Below are positions 13,801-27,714 of a DNA stretch of 64,000 nucleotides, in pieces. Position 1 is the stretch's first letter. Each line of letters starts with the position of its first letter. The stretch spans positions 620,001-684,000 of the forward strand of contig JAYWIR010000013.1 in assembly GCA_036172245.1 (NCBI GenBank), read 5' to 3'. A model generated the notes under the pieces. The model worked only from the letters and a program-made list of their open reading frames with translations, did not search any database and was not told the origin of the DNA. The position numbers and the translations under genes were made by a program. Source of the DNA: Raillietiella orientalis (taxonomy: Eukaryota).

Positions 13801-16800
13801 CCCTTCTCGTCTGGACAGTCAGATAAGTTTCCATGCTCGTGGTAATTAGATTTTCCCTCACGCCGTTCAGATCTGACCGGCACGGGGATGCGCGCGCCGA
13901 GGAGACGTCGATATTTTACTTCAGTGGAAATTTAGAAATGGTACGTTCGAATCACACATGCCTGCATACGACTTGGATGTGTGTGTAACGGCGCGGTTGC
14001 TGCTGCTGCTCACATCGAAAGAGTCGCGTGTGCTCGTGCATTCGGCGTGTGTTCACCTCTCACACATGCCCATGCATGTGGCGCGAACTACCATAAAACA
14101 CACCACGGGTCAAGCCGAACGGGGTTTCCGGAAAAAAAAAATGCACCAGAGGAAGAAGTTGGGAGGGGAGCGGTGGCACCCTGGGAGCAATCGCTCCCGG
14201 AACCACGTCCCCTCTGCTGATCTCCCGAAGCGACTGGGAGACCGGGGAGCGAAGTACAGAGCGGGGAGGCCCACTACAAAGCGATGAATTTGCGCAGCTT
14301 CGTCCGAGCCTGCGCCTTGGACTCCACTAGGTAGCGAGCGAACGTTGACCAAGTTCTTAGGAGAAGGGCGTCTTCCTGGAGAATCACGGACGAAACAGGA
14401 AGCGCCTTCTTACGCGACCAAGCCTGCGAAGAGCGAGAGCGGGCGGAAGAAGAATTCGCGTGCGGGTGACCCTATCTGCGAGCAAAGATGCTATCTGCAG
14501 CTGTCCGGCCATTCTCAGCAACTTAGGTGGCTACCAGAGAATGTTTATTGCAGCGATGGACACGTCGGTTTTTTCTTTTTTTTTGCTTAGATTCCTCAGC
14601 CCTGCTGCTGCTGCTGCTGAACTGTCAAAGTGATATTTGGGCAACTTCGTGTAATCTTCGGCTTGCTTCACGCTCGATCGTTCCCCTTTCTAAAACCACA
14701 AGCCCGACGTCAGTTTCACAGCCGTCCACAAAAACCATGCCACTACTTATGCCATCTCAAGCATAATTAATTTTGACTGCCGTCTGAAATTATCTTGATG
14801 TACGAGGAATTCTCGACTCTTTCAGGTGGCTTGTAAACCTCCATCCTTGTAAACGTTTACAGCTCGTTCGCATGGCATGGAGCGGCCTCGGGAAGGGCGT
14901 TCCCACTTTCCTTTCCATTACACATTTTCCCAACTCCACCGAAAGAATAAAGAATCGCTCTCAAAGGCTCCGGACGCAGCATCCGATACCCTTTTTCACT
15001 TTCCAGTCCGTGGATCGCTGCATTCTGGATGAAGCTAAGAACTTCCTGATGATCCCGAGTTATTCCAGTGAGACGAGTATGGCTGACGGATCTGGAAGAT
15101 ACACAGCTCTACTTTGCATTGCTCCCTTTTAGACTGTGTGCTTCTTTCCCGTTGCCTTTTCTTTCCGTTTGCACGGAAAAGTGAGCATCGTTCACTAATA
15201 ATAACGCCCATCGTTTTCGAACTTTTTCGGTCGTCATCTTTATGGCAAGCGATTTTCCCCGGAAAGCGAAAACCTCGTTTTTTTTCTTCTTCTTTCGTGG
15301 TTCTTCATCTCGCACTACTGCTAGTTCATGGAAATGCAGATTTCCATGCTGTGCAAGCCGCACCGGGGCAGGATTCCGGCTTTTCTTCCTTGGTATTTTT
15401 ACGCGCGACCAAGCTAAAAATGCACACACGAGTGTAAGTGTTTTCGGGTTCTTTCGCGTTCCCATGTTCCTGGCTAGAGTTTTCCCACGAGTCGGAAAGT
15501 TAACGTGGTAGGCTACAGGAAGACGGGGATCAAGGGAATCGAGGAGAAACATCACAGTCACCAATGGTGAAAGAATGAGCTCCAGGAGTGTGCATTGTTG
15601 ATTCTAGATGGCAGCAATGATGAGTATTGCGAAGAGCACTGAACTTCGATTTTAGCGACTAATCTTTCTTCTTCAACGTTTCCGATATTATTTGTATGCG
15701 AAGGCGTCAAATCTACATCAGTTGCCTGCCTAGCACCTTCCTCTTTTTTTTTTTTTTTCTTCTTACCAGAAGTGTTTGCCTTTACTGATCCAAGCAGATA
15801 ATGAAAACGTACATATCCAGACTCCGTGTCGATTCTGTTGCTATCGCAACTTAATGTGATCGAATGGCACGCATTTTTTTTTTCCCCACTTAATAAACAA
15901 AATGCATACGATAATAACGGACATTCCTTTAGGACCCGATTGACAGTTTCTTATTCCTTTCGAATCAGTTATATCATTAGCTTTTTTTCCCCTTGTCTTT
16001 TTGTGTCTGTCCGTGTGCGTACTTCATAAATAATACAAAATCATCCAATCGCCCATACGTACTCTGCTAGTAAGAAAGCTGGTAGTTCTTCAGCTGAAAT
16101 GAGGAGCATGAGGTAGAATTAATTGCAGAGAGCCAGCAAGGGAGTTCGTTCTCTCTGCTCAGAAATTTGGGGAGAACCTCTTAAAACTGGGCAGTTTTTC
16201 TCTGAGGCAGATGTCATGGGACAAATTTAACGATAAACGGAAAGGAAGTTAGAAGAGGCGTGGAGGATCGTCAAAACCGAATCCTTATTTTCCAGATAAA
16301 GTTTCGAGAAAAGGTTTCTAGGAAAACTTCCCATCCTGTGCTTTGAGGGAGACTGTGAGCAGCTAATCCTTGATATTTCTTCTCAATTGCATGGCAATCC
16401 GGAATGGTGGTGTTAGTAAAAATAATAATCATAATAATAAAAAATCGTGGATGAACTGCAGTGTCATTCAAAACCATTCAGCTGTAAAGAAACAAAAAAA
16501 ATTTTTTGGGGGGGATTCCGTTGTTTGCTTGTTTGTTTCCTTGATTGGTAGCTCAGATCAACTGTATGAGTAACTCAAATAAACCCAAGAAGCAAATTTC
16601 ACGAGGTACCCGTTTTCGGCTGCTCAGACGGGGGAATAAAATGGGGACGGACGGAACCCTCAAAATCGTGAGGCCGAATGGAAGGACTATAAAATTCTCT
16701 TCCCAGCCCCTGATCAATCGCTTAATTTAATCATTTCCTCTTAAACGAAACACTTACAATATGCTTCCAGCGTAATTTAATAAAATTTTTCGAAAGGGTA

Positions 16801-17204
16801 AAGGAACGCGTGCGAACGTATGCTGTGATTTGTTTCTCGTCGGTGTGTGCTCGCGACAAAACGCAAAGGGAAATGAATGTTATTAAGGTTTCTGATTTGC
16901 CTCAACTCTAATTCGAGCTTTCAGGAATGTGTCTGAATAGACCGGTAATGGAGTGAAGGCAGACCTCCTATGGAGCAGCGAAGTTTGCTCATGACATCCT
17001 TTACCCATACGTTTCTGCTGGTAGCCAGTTTCGAATGCTGCTCGTAGATAAATATGATATTTACCATTATCCTTGAGAAAATGTTCCGACTTGCAGGATT
17101 CCGGTAGTTGACATCAAACGTACTGCCTGATGGCCGATACGAAGCGGGCATCGTCTCGTGGCATCACGAGCAGGCAGAAGGCATGCGAGTTTTACGTCCC
17201 CTCA

Positions 17205-17230
17205 CTGCTGCTGCTGCTGCTGCTGCTGCT
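17205..17230. repeat. (CTG)n microsatellite
   Basis: About 8.7 perfect CTG units. Confidence 0.95.
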
Positions 17231-20200
17231 TTTTCCCTTGCCGTGTCGATTCGTTTATTTCACGATGCGCTCTCGAAGAATAAATTGAAATGTGGAGAGA
17301 GAAAAGTTTAACCAGCGTGACAGGCGGGATGAACACGTATGCAGCCGATAAGTGAGAAATTCTTCGTAAATAAAATGCGCACGTAAATAACTATACTACT
17401 ACTATTTTTTCTTCTTCTCCTTCCTTTTGAAGAGACAGCTTGCAAGTAAATCACATGCGGTTCTCTGGAACCCCGTTTTTAGACAAGAACGCATTTCTTA
17501 ACAATGGATGAAGAATAACGAAAATAAATTCTGCCTGCTAATAATGCCAAGATGTGAAGACCATGTTAGGATCATTTAAGATGAGTGATGGGATTGCTGT
17601 GACGCAAACGACTGCATCCCACCTACATTTCATAGAAGCAGGCTCGTTTCAAAAAAAAAAAAAAATGCAAAGATGATCCTTTTCAGTCACCAGGGATGCG
17701 AAATGTAGAATTAGGTGAAGAGATAATCTCCAAGAGCAGGAGGCGGTAGTTTATTCCTCGTTTCTTCGAGAATACCCGGGAAACACTTCCGCCACGGCTG
17801 GTCGCCAGCAAAAGAGGTCAGAGTAGTTACGCCTCGTTAGCGTGGGTAGCAAGTACTACTACTACTTCCTACCTTGCATGTTTCCTTTCACGTGTTCTTG
17901 TTCCTTCTCCGAAAACTCGCTCCAGCGTCCTCATACGCAGACGCACATGCGCTCAATGCACGCACGCACCCACATGCACATTCTGTTAAGGAAAAGGTTC
18001 TTGAGATCTTCGAGTGATCACTGCACACTACTGCCGCCGTTTGATTTCCGAAGTTTATCCAGAAGGGGAGCGGAGGGAAGGGGGGGAAGATGGAACATTA
18101 CAAATGAGGGAGAAGGTGTGCATGCAGCAGATCGAGTGTGCACACCACACAACCTCTGCTCAAACTCTTGTCTTTTGATTTGTCACAAAAACTTGCTTTA
18201 AATGGGGTAAAAGAAACAACTGCAGCCAGATGCAGCATTTCAGCATGCAAGCGGGTGTAAAGATGTCCTCAGGATTGTTCCTTTGCGAACCGCGAGGAGT
18301 CCTGCTTGAGGCACGGATCGTGCTGTTGGGGGGAGGAGACATGTCGGGTCTCTGGCTGTCCCTTGGGTCGCAAGCGGTTGTGATGCCCGCAGATGCGTCT
18401 CAAACCTTTTTCTGGCCGTTCCTTAAAGCCTGGGCATTCTCGGAACTGCATGTCTCTTTCACAAGACTACAGCTGAGGGCTACCTCTCAACTGCTGCCGA
18501 TCTAGCCTCGCCGAAAGGAACGTGTTCTCCGGAGGGAGAGATGCGTCCTTGAGGATTCGGAGCAGCGGCCCGTGTGTGTTCAACAGTACGACGTGAGTTG
18601 GAATCGGCACGCGCGCCGCAAGCCAGCTCATAGCTCATATTCCGGAAGAAGAGCGTCCCTTCCTTCGTAGACACCAGAATCACCGCGAAGTCGCCTTCCC
18701 TGGATTTACTTCCTGTCCGCCCTCGCTGCTCTTTCTCTTCTTTCCACGAGGAGGCGAGAATGCCAGCTTCTTGAGCAGTACCACTTGGAAAGGTTGTGCT
18801 GAAGATTCTGGCTTTAATTCAGAATGAAGGAGGCGATTCCGTTTTTTTTTTTATATTTCCGGTTATCTGCTGCTCGTAGATTCTGCTAAGTTCTAAGGGG
18901 TGTCCTAACGGGCGAAGGAGAAGCAACTGGATGACCTCTTCCTCCTTTCTCCCTTTCCATCAGCTCACTCATCACCACCCAACTCTACTTTAGCTTTTCA
19001 CTCTTTTTGGTCCGTCTCCGATGAATTTTCGCTTCCGCGCTATCCGATTGGCCTCAAAATCGAATTTCAGCAGGGAAGCGTTAGGATCGTCGTTGTTGTT
19101 GAGGATCTTTGCTCGGTATGGGGACGGGCAAGGGAGGGAGGAAGGATACCCGCACTCCTGCCTGCGTGTGGACGCTCTCGTGAACCGCTGGAGGGAGAAC
19201 TCTGCAACGAAGACACTGCAACCTCTGCTTCGCTCAGGATCTGTCTGGAGCGCTCCTTCGCGGTGGTTCACCTCCTAGGCGTAAGCGAGAGGAGAAGACC
19301 ATTTTCCACCGTTTCATCACCTTCCCACTTTCAAGAGGGACAGCAAGAAGAACAGAAGGCGGAAGAGGGAAGGACCACCTTGGCTCCTGCCTCCTGAAGA
19401 CGAGTGCGGCAACCAAGGGCGCGGTGTGTGCGGGAAAGAGAGGGAGCTGGCAGTGGGACCAAGCGCCACCGGCTCGCCACATTCCATCAGAAAGAGCTCT
19501 CCGTTCGGAAACTTCCGGCGCTGGGATCATCCAGGTCCGATCCAGCAATTCAGTTGTCTCGCTTGTCTTTCCTGGAGATGAGGGGAGGCGGATCTTCCGG
19601 ATTCTCAGATGAGGGATGCAGAGTCCATCAGGTGAATCCTCGCTGGGCTTGAAGGACGAAAAGGTGTGTTCTCTCCCTTCAACCCCTCCGGCAAATTTGC
19701 GAGTGTGACAGTGTCGCCTGCAGGAAAACTCCCGCGAACCATCAGGCGCTTTCGCTTTTTCCACTGGCACACTTCCGATGCGAAGCGCGGTGTGGCGGAG
19801 CACAGCGAAGGGGAGGTAGACCGTTTTTTCACTGAGCCTGGAAGCTGGTAGCCACAACAAAAAACAAGTGCCGGAGGGAAAGGATGGTCCTTGGTTCATC
19901 ATGGCATCGAGTGATGGCTCGGAGGCGTGCGCGACCTCGCAAGTGGCTCGACGGCGCTGTGGTCAGGGGCTGCCCTCCCTTTCGCGTGGGCAGTAGTGGA
20001 GGATTTTTGCTGCTACCGACCACTTGGAAAGCAACAAGTGAACCTTTAAGCTGACATCACGTCTTTTCGCCCTTCCTGGCGGACGAATGGGAGGCAACGG
20101 ACTCTGCTCTCCAGGCCACTGCTGTCACCTGGATGCCGTCTCCGGAGTCCTTTCAAGCGACCGAAACGCAACGAATATCCAGGGAAGGCGCAGAAGGAAG

Positions 20201-23200
20201 CTTCATCCTCCGGACGGGTGGAAGGAACGCATGAAGAAGCGCCCCTGACTCCCGCGACGAGGCAGAGTTGGGGAAGAATGGAAGGCTCCCGCACGAATCC
20301 TATCCGTCCTCCGCTTGTCGGGGATAAAACTTGCTACCGAGGGCAGAGGTGCACCTTTTCCGCTTTCCCTTTTCCTTGCTTCAACCCCTCCGGCACAAGA
20401 CGTTAGGACCTGACGCTCGGTGACAGCGTGCTGAGGTCACATAGAAAGAGAACGGCCTCCTTCGAAAAACTAAAACTGCTTCCCACTGTCTGCCTTTCTG
20501 TTCCAAGAGTGCCTCTTGGTGAAGGGACGCTGCAACATCAGTTTCAGGGAACGGTCTAGGATGCCGTCATCGGGACACGTAGGGACCGTCATCGGTGAAG
20601 ACCATCGTCGTCGCGTGTGTTGCCCAGAACCACCTCGGAATGCAAGAAAAAGCGCGAATCCCTCTCGTCACTGTCGCTGGCAGCTGCTATTCCCGGATCT
20701 TGGAAGAAAACCTCGGAAAGAGGGCTAAGGCGGGACGGACAGTGGGTCTGCATGGACTTTGAGGAAGTGTTGCTGGGTAACGGCGTCAAGGGGTAGCAAG
20801 TCCCCCCTCTCTCCCATCGACTTGGGAGAACAAGATGGGAGCGTCTCGAGAAGAAGCAAGGATTTTCCCTTCTCTCGGTCGTTTCGGGAGAAGAGAATCT
20901 TCATAGCGAATAGGGATGATTCCCTACCGGCTGGGTTCCGTCTCGTTTCCAGGGAAAAGGCTGCTCCAGGAAGCGCCGTGCATCAGCTCGGGAGCGCAGC
21001 TCCGCAGAGAGCCATGGCCGTTTCCGTGAGAATCAGTAATGCGCCTGGGGCTATCTTGCTGAGCGTGCACCTTATCCTTTCTGTCCTTCCTTTCAAGTTC
21101 AAAGAAGGAGGAGGAGGAGCGAGACCTAGTGAGGAATTGTGCTCTAAGTAAGGAGGCATCCGGGAGAAGGTCGGCTGAGATCGATGGATAGATCCAAGAA
21201 GCTCGCCGCTGTCCCCATGCAGGGGCACCAAGGCAGGGTTCTCCAGTGGGTAGGGTGGGTCGTCCTCTCCGCCACCCCCCCCTGGCGTAGAGAGAGAGTC
21301 ATCGTCGCTTCCTGAGCGTCACACGTTTTTCGCCTGCTCGAATTTTGCTGTGTGTGTGGAGGGGGGGGGGGAAGAGAAGGAGGGGGAAGACATTGCTCGA
21401 GAACTGCGAGAGCGCGCGCAGGCTAGCAGACAGCACTTTCTCACTAGCGCTGCCACTTCCCGTGTTCCCTGCCCCCTCCCCCGCAGCGTCGGGCTTCGCC
21501 GACGCCACCCAAGGGGAATTTCAATCAGAGGAGATGCTTCTCTGCACCACAGCCATCGCGCCGACCCCCGGAGGCTTTTTTTGCTTCAGGTGGCTGGCGG
21601 CATTTCGGGAGCTCTGCTTCCCCTTTCACCGTCCCACCGTCGAGCCACGGCTTCCTTGATTCCCTGGATCGAACTCGAGAGGACGGAATGGAAAGAGAAC
21701 GAAGCAAAACGCAGATCTCCGGAGAGAGAGAGACTCGGTCGTGACTCGCGCAAGCCTGTGATACGCACGCAAGCGGCTGTGGATTTCGCGCGGAGACGCA
21801 GCAGGAATAACTGGTGCCGTCTTCCAGGAGATGGCGGCGGCGGTGGCAGTAGCGACTTCTGACTCCGGATTCTCGGATGCTGAGTTCTTCCCGTGGGCGC
21901 GTTCCCTCTTTTCCAGGAGGGCTCTTGGAGGAAAGGTCTCCTGAAGAATGATCCGGGGACCTCCTGCCGAAACGGCCCCATTCCGACTTGGCCCCCGCGA
22001 GGAACAAGGGTTTCTTAGGTGAGGTCGCCGCCGTCAGTCGTAACGGAGCGATCAGCTGCCGATTCGGGAAGACCCTTGCAAAGTGGTGGGAGCACGCGAG
22101 GGAAGCGAAGAGGGGGGGCTGCGTTCGGAAATCGCGATTTCCTTTTTTGATTCGCGAGACCGTGACACCAACCGGACCGTGGTCACCTGGAGGCTCGAGG
22201 ACAACCGCGAGGAGAACGCGCTCGTCGAAGGGGGGTGGGGAATCGGAGCCGCGACCTGGGGGAAGGGAAAGAGCGACGTCCGTCCTCGACTCTCGAGGCT
22301 GTCGACAGGAGCTTGCTTTGCCTCTGGCTGTTGCAGGGAGGTGCGAGAGGGCGCGCCCAAGGGGGATGTGCGCGGTGACTCAGATCCCCTTTGGGCACGC
22401 GGCGGCATGCCGAGGGCTCGTGAGCACTCGGAACGCCAGACCTGCCGGCACTCGTCGTAGCGGTGCGACGCCTTCCGGTTGATAGGCAGTTCCTTGCCCG
22501 GGCTCGCAGCAGCAGAGGACGATCCCAAGGCGCGCGCGCGCGCAGCGGTTCGGCTGGAAACTCGGAGCGCGCGCGTCTTCCGGATGGGATCTTCCGGTTC
22601 CCCTTCGTCCTCGCGCTTGCGGCTCCGCGAGCTCGTTGCCCGCTGCGGCCGCGAAGAAGCTTCCAGAAGGACGGACAAAATGTCCTCCCCCCTCCCCTTC
22701 TTGACAGGGGAGATCGGCGCCACTGAGCAGCGGTCCCTCGCGCTCCCCCTGGAAGAGACCTTCCCGTCGGCGCCGGCCTGTGCGTGAAGGATTGATTCCT
22801 CTTCGGGACGAAGGATGGCGCCGATCCCTCTCCCGGTTGCTTTAGGGGTCAGCCGCAACCGTGCTCTTCGTGGTCCGTCTCGGGCGCGCGCGCGAAGGAC
22901 GATCGTAAAGGGAGGGAACAAGAGAGCGCGCTTGAGCGAGGCATCAGGTCAGGTGCTCCACCCGTGATTGTTGTCTCCCGGAATATCCGGAAGCTGAATT
23001 GAAGAGGGAAGGAAAGCAACGACGTGGACAGCACCCCAAAGTGCCTTTCCTCGAAAAGAGGGAGAAGGGGGGGGGAAGAGGAAGAAAAAATGGCGTCTGT
23101 CCCCTCCGAATGCACAGGATGAACCTCTCTTCCTCCCCCTTCCTCCTCCTCCTCCTACCCGCTTGTCATCATCGCCGATCCTTCATTACCAGAAACGACT

Positions 23201-24283
23201 TTTCCTGGGCACCCAAAACAAGGGAATTATTTTAGATGATGGGGTCGGGCGAGCATCATTTACAGTGTGATCTCGCACTTGTCCCTCGCGAGGTGACGGT
23301 CGCCGCGGTCATCTCGTACGCGCAAGTGATGCGCGCGTCCGAGAGGCCGCCCTGCCTCTCTGCGCCTCAGCCGCCCGCAACGGCGGCGGCGCGGGGGAGA
23401 GACGCGCCGCCTCCTCCCGGAGCGGGCGGGGGTGATCGGCGGGCTGCTCGTTGGAATTCGCCGGGCTCTCGACAAGGATCAATCACTCTCGCGAGCCTCA
23501 TCACCGCTGCTCCTTAACGATCAGGTCATTAAGGAGAAGATCGTTAAACACGAGGTCCTCGCGAGCGTCGCTCCAAGAAATTTTATTTTTTTTTTTCCTT
23601 TTTTCCTCTCTCCTCCCCCTCCCTCCCTGCCCCTCCCTCCCTTCGGTTTTACGGCGTATCAAGTGGTTATATGGGGAAAGTACGAGGTGACTTATCTCAT
23701 GTATCTTGCTCGTCGTCGGAGTGGTGGTAGCTCCACAGGCAAGGCAGGTTTCCCCTCCCCCTCCCCTCCTTGCCGACCCCGGCGGCAGTCATAAAAAGGA
23801 AAAAACACACAGACACACACGCACGCACGCACAGAAACACACACACGCACAGAGAGAGAGAGACGACGGACAGGTTCTGGTCAGCACAGGGTTCTCCTAG
23901 GAGGGGGAGGAGGGGGGGAAGGACGGGCAGCGTTGAGAGGACGCCCTCGTAATGGCAGAAGCAAGAAACAAACAAGCCGTCCTCTTCGTGCTCCATGCGC
24001 CCTTGCACCCTCAGAATGACCTCGGGGCTTCGGCGCTCCTCGTTTCTCCTCCGGCTCGTCCACCTCTCTTGAGGGTGGCAGCATCACTTCTGTTGCATTG
24101 GCGAGGTTCCGTTTTACTGGGTTGCTGCTGCTGAGTGTGCATAGACATGGGCAGAAGAACCGATAGCTTCTTCGGTTTTTATCTCGCGCCTCCGGGTGGC
24201 GGGCGAAGGATTTCTTCCTCGGCTGAGGAGAGGTGGTGGTGGGGAACTTTGCCACCCGTTGTCACCTCTGACGCCATGGCGAC

Positions 24284-24683
24284 GTCACTATGGCGACAAC
24301 GAACGGAGGAAAAGCAGCAGCAGCAGCAGCAACAGTAGCAGCCCGGACATGGAAAGAAGAGCGTCCGGCACGGGAACGCGGCGCGCGCCCTGGCGCGACT
24401 GAAGGAAGGGGAGGGGAGGAGAGGGGAGGGGAATGGTAGGAAGGAAGGAGGAAGAAACGAGGATGGTGGACTCTTGAGACGAGGATGGGGTCTCTCGAGG
24501 AGAAGCGGACCAACTCCAGGGGGTTCTCCTTCCATCTATCCTCCATGCACGGCCGCCTCCCCGGGGATGGCGTCGTCGGGGCGCTGCCGGAGGACGCGCG
24601 CAGACTCACGGAGGGACGGACCCCCCCTATCTGCCGAGATTGCACGCGCGCCCACGCGGTCACAGGAAACATTCCGAAACTGG
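24284..24683 (-). repeat. ~400-bp repeat, copy 1; inverted relative to 30331-30702
   Basis: The reverse complement aligns by eye to 30331-30702. A core of ~150 bp (gaggatggggtctctcgagg...cagactcacggagggacgga) has only about 3 mismatches, and the flanks differ by small indels. The ORF track shows the same peptides on opposite strands (e.g. RPSVSLRASS...MEDRWKENPLELVRF). Confidence 0.95.
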
Positions 24684-25199
24684 TTTATTTTTTCTTCGGG
24701 GAGGGGAGGGGGTCTAGCGCGGATCGTCACCTCGTACCCTTGCGGAGTCCGCCTTTCTCTCGGTTGCCTCGAGCAACGGCTCCTGAGTGGGTGCTGTGCC
24801 TGTACTCAGCAGAGAGTGGGGGAGCATCCTTCGCCTACGAACCCGTGGGGGAGCGACCCTCTTCCCCTTCCCTTCGCCGACGGCATCTTCGGCGTCACAC
24901 CGGAGCGGCGCCTTCGACTCGTTTCTTCTCTTTCGCTTCCCATCGGTCCCTCTTCCCTTCAGCACCCAGCCACCTGGTTGGCCCGCTGTCTTCAAGGAAT
25001 GGGGTCTTCTTCTGGAAAGGCATGACCGCTCGAGAGCAGGAGGTCATCCGGTCACTTGTCCTTCCCCAACACGCTGTCTAGTCGTCCGCGACGACCCGGT
25101 TCCGCACGGCGGGAGCTTGCGGAAACGACTGAGGGGACTGGGCAGGACTCAGAGGAGGGCAGCCCACCGCGGTCGCTGCACGTGGACAGCCGCCACGAA

Positions 25200-25666
25200 T
25201 GCGCATGCGCTCACTGGCGGGTGGGCGGAGACCTCCCCCCCTCCCTCGCATGCGCATCTCCGTGCAGATCCGTCCTCCTCCTGCGGGAAGATGATCTTGG
25301 AGCAGCCTTCCTCCTGATTGGCCCGCCGCCGAGACTCAGGAGCAGTCCGGAAAACGGGAGGGCGTCGCCCCACCCAGGAGAGCCGTGGCTTCCTTCCCTA
25401 CGAGGGAATAGCGCCGAAGAGACCTCCCGAGATGGCCGCGCTCCACTCCTGGAGAGAACCCGGGATCGGTCCATCCGCTCGGGAACTTCGAGACGCTGGC
25501 TAGCAGGGGTGCGCAGCCGGAAGCGGAAGAGCCGAAAAGGACGCTGAGCTTTTCTCTGCTCGGGAGCTTTCAACGAGGAGTCCTGAGATGTCCGTTAACT
25601 CCCTCTTTCTCCTCTCTCTTCGGCCTCGGATGAATGCGCTCTCTCCCTCGAGACGAACGCCATCTT
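25200..25666. promoter_or_regulatory. Putative CpG-rich housekeeping-type promoter motif cluster
   Basis: NRF1-type TGCGCATGCGC (25200) and CGCATGCGCA (25247), GC box GGGCGG (25223), reverse CCAAT CTGATTGG (25314), tandem ETS CCGGAAGCGGAAG (25517) and YY1-type CGCCATCTT (25658). Motif matches only; no transcript evidence. Confidence 0.4.
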
Positions 25667-27714
25667 GACGGGGGGGTCTCCGACAAGACGTCGTCTTGTT
25701 GGCGAGGGGAAGAGGAGGAGGAGAAAGAAGACGGTTTCATTTACCTCAGAACCTTTCCCTGCTGCCGGAGCGCGCTCCAGTTTCGCGCGCGTCTCTCTCC
25801 CGACTCGTCTCCCCGGAGGCCGAAAGCAAAGCATCCAGACGGCTTCGCTCCCTTTTCTTCCCAGTGAACCAGGAGTCCACCGTCAAGCTTAGACGAAGGG
25901 CCTCCCTCCCGTCCGGAACTCCCCGTTCGGACTCCCCTCCCTCCCCTTCCCTCCTACTCGGAATCGCCACAACCCGACGACGACCGCTCTGATGGCGTGG
26001 GGGGGAGAGGGGGGGGGGGAATCATCGTGTCGCGAGTCCAGGGAAGGCGGAAGACCTTGCGAGGGGGGGGGGGGCGCTGAAGATTCTCCGGGAGGAGGCG
26101 GTGCCGATTGCCGGGATCGTGGGGCCCTTTTTTCGTCCGCCTTCGACGCAGTCCGACGGAAGGGGGACGTGCGCGCTGTTTCGCCGGAAGGGGAGGAGAA
26201 GGAGCGGGCTGCTCGGGAATCCCTGGGCTGCTTTAGGGCGGCAGCTCGCGCGCTGTCGGTTTCCCTTTCCGGGAGGACTCCTCCTCCCACCAGCATGCGC
26301 GCGCAGCGTTGCCGCACGAGCGGGCAGGTCCAGCGGGCTGCGCCACCGCGTTGGGTAGCCTCTCTGAAAGAAAAGGTAGACCCAGACAGGAGCAGCCCTA
26401 CGAGTGGGACCACTCTCTTCCGGTGTCCGGATCGCAGGGGGATCCCTCTCTCCTCTCATCTGAAGCGCGCTCGCCTCCATCCACGGTTGCGGACCGGGGA
26501 TGGAGGAGGAAAACACCGCCCCGGTTTCAATCCCTTTCCGAGCCCCTGGCCCACCCGTTAGCCTTTCGAGTCTTCTTTTCTCTTCTTCTTCTACCCCTTC
26601 TTCCTCCTTACCCCGGCCTCTTGCGCGGACCAAGTTCAGTACCTGGCAGTCGCGGGCTCCCGGGAAGGGAAGCGTCCGACCGAGTCGCCATTCCTGCGTC
26701 GTGGTCTTCACGGAGAGGCGACGACCCGGAGCTCTCCTCCGTCGGGCGGTCCCCTATTGCCAAGGAGGACGGATGGCTGCCTCCGCCGCCCCTGCCCGAA
26801 GAGTTCGTTTTCGGTCCGGCTCACCCGGGGCACTCCCTACTCCTCCGCTGGGGCAGGCGATGGCTCGGCCCCAAGGCAGATGTCGCTCTCCGCCCTTCCT
26901 ACGGAATCAAGGAGGAAGCAGAAGCAGCGGATTTCGCTCCTCCCCCTCTCTTCACGCCTCTCTCGCCCATTTGCCCCTGCTCCCAGAGTCTCGTGCCCAG
27001 GAAGACCGGCGGCGATCTCCCGACGCACGGCGGAACGGGGAGGTTCCGTCCGGTAGCCCCCTGCTTCTTCCTACTTCTCCCTCCGGGTGCTCGTGGGACG
27101 ATGGGAGGAGCGAAGAAGGGATGGACTGGGAAGGAAGGGGGAAGGGGGAAAGCAAGCAGAGAGGTTGCCGCTAGCCGGCTTTTCTCTGGCTACTGCTGCT
27201 GCTGCCTAGCTCCGAAGAGATTTCTTGGGGAAAGGACCCCTGCGCCCCGGGACGGCTGCTCCCTCGCCTTCGCTGCCCTCCCCCCTCCCTCCTCCTTCCG
27301 GCAGCCCTCCGAGCGGACCACAATTCTTCCCGTCGAGAAGGGAGGGAGGGATGGGACCAGGCGACCTTTCCCTTCGTCGCCCCCCTCCCGCTTCCTTTGC
27401 CCTCGCGGCGGGGTTCGCGCCGAAAGGGAAGAAGGACGGCGGAAGGGCGGAGAAGTGGAGGAAGCGGGCGACGGCGAGGATGGATGAAGGGGAGGATGCC
27501 TCCGGCCCCGCGGGACACCCCCGGGGCCCCACCTCCTCCGCCGCACGTGCACGTGTAGCGCTCGACGGCGTTCTCTTGGTGACACCTCGTCACAATGCGC
27601 AAGAATATATGGCACTTCCTGCCGGCCCGCTCTCCATTGTGAGGGACGCCCGTTTTCCCGGGCCTCCTGCTGGACACGTCCACCATTCTGCCACCTTTGG
27701 AAGCCGGAGGAATG

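Noticed and set aside
26309..27487. 392-aa ORF
   Set aside because: Same compositional artefact; no transposase or other domain is visible although it lies within the inverted-repeat spacer.
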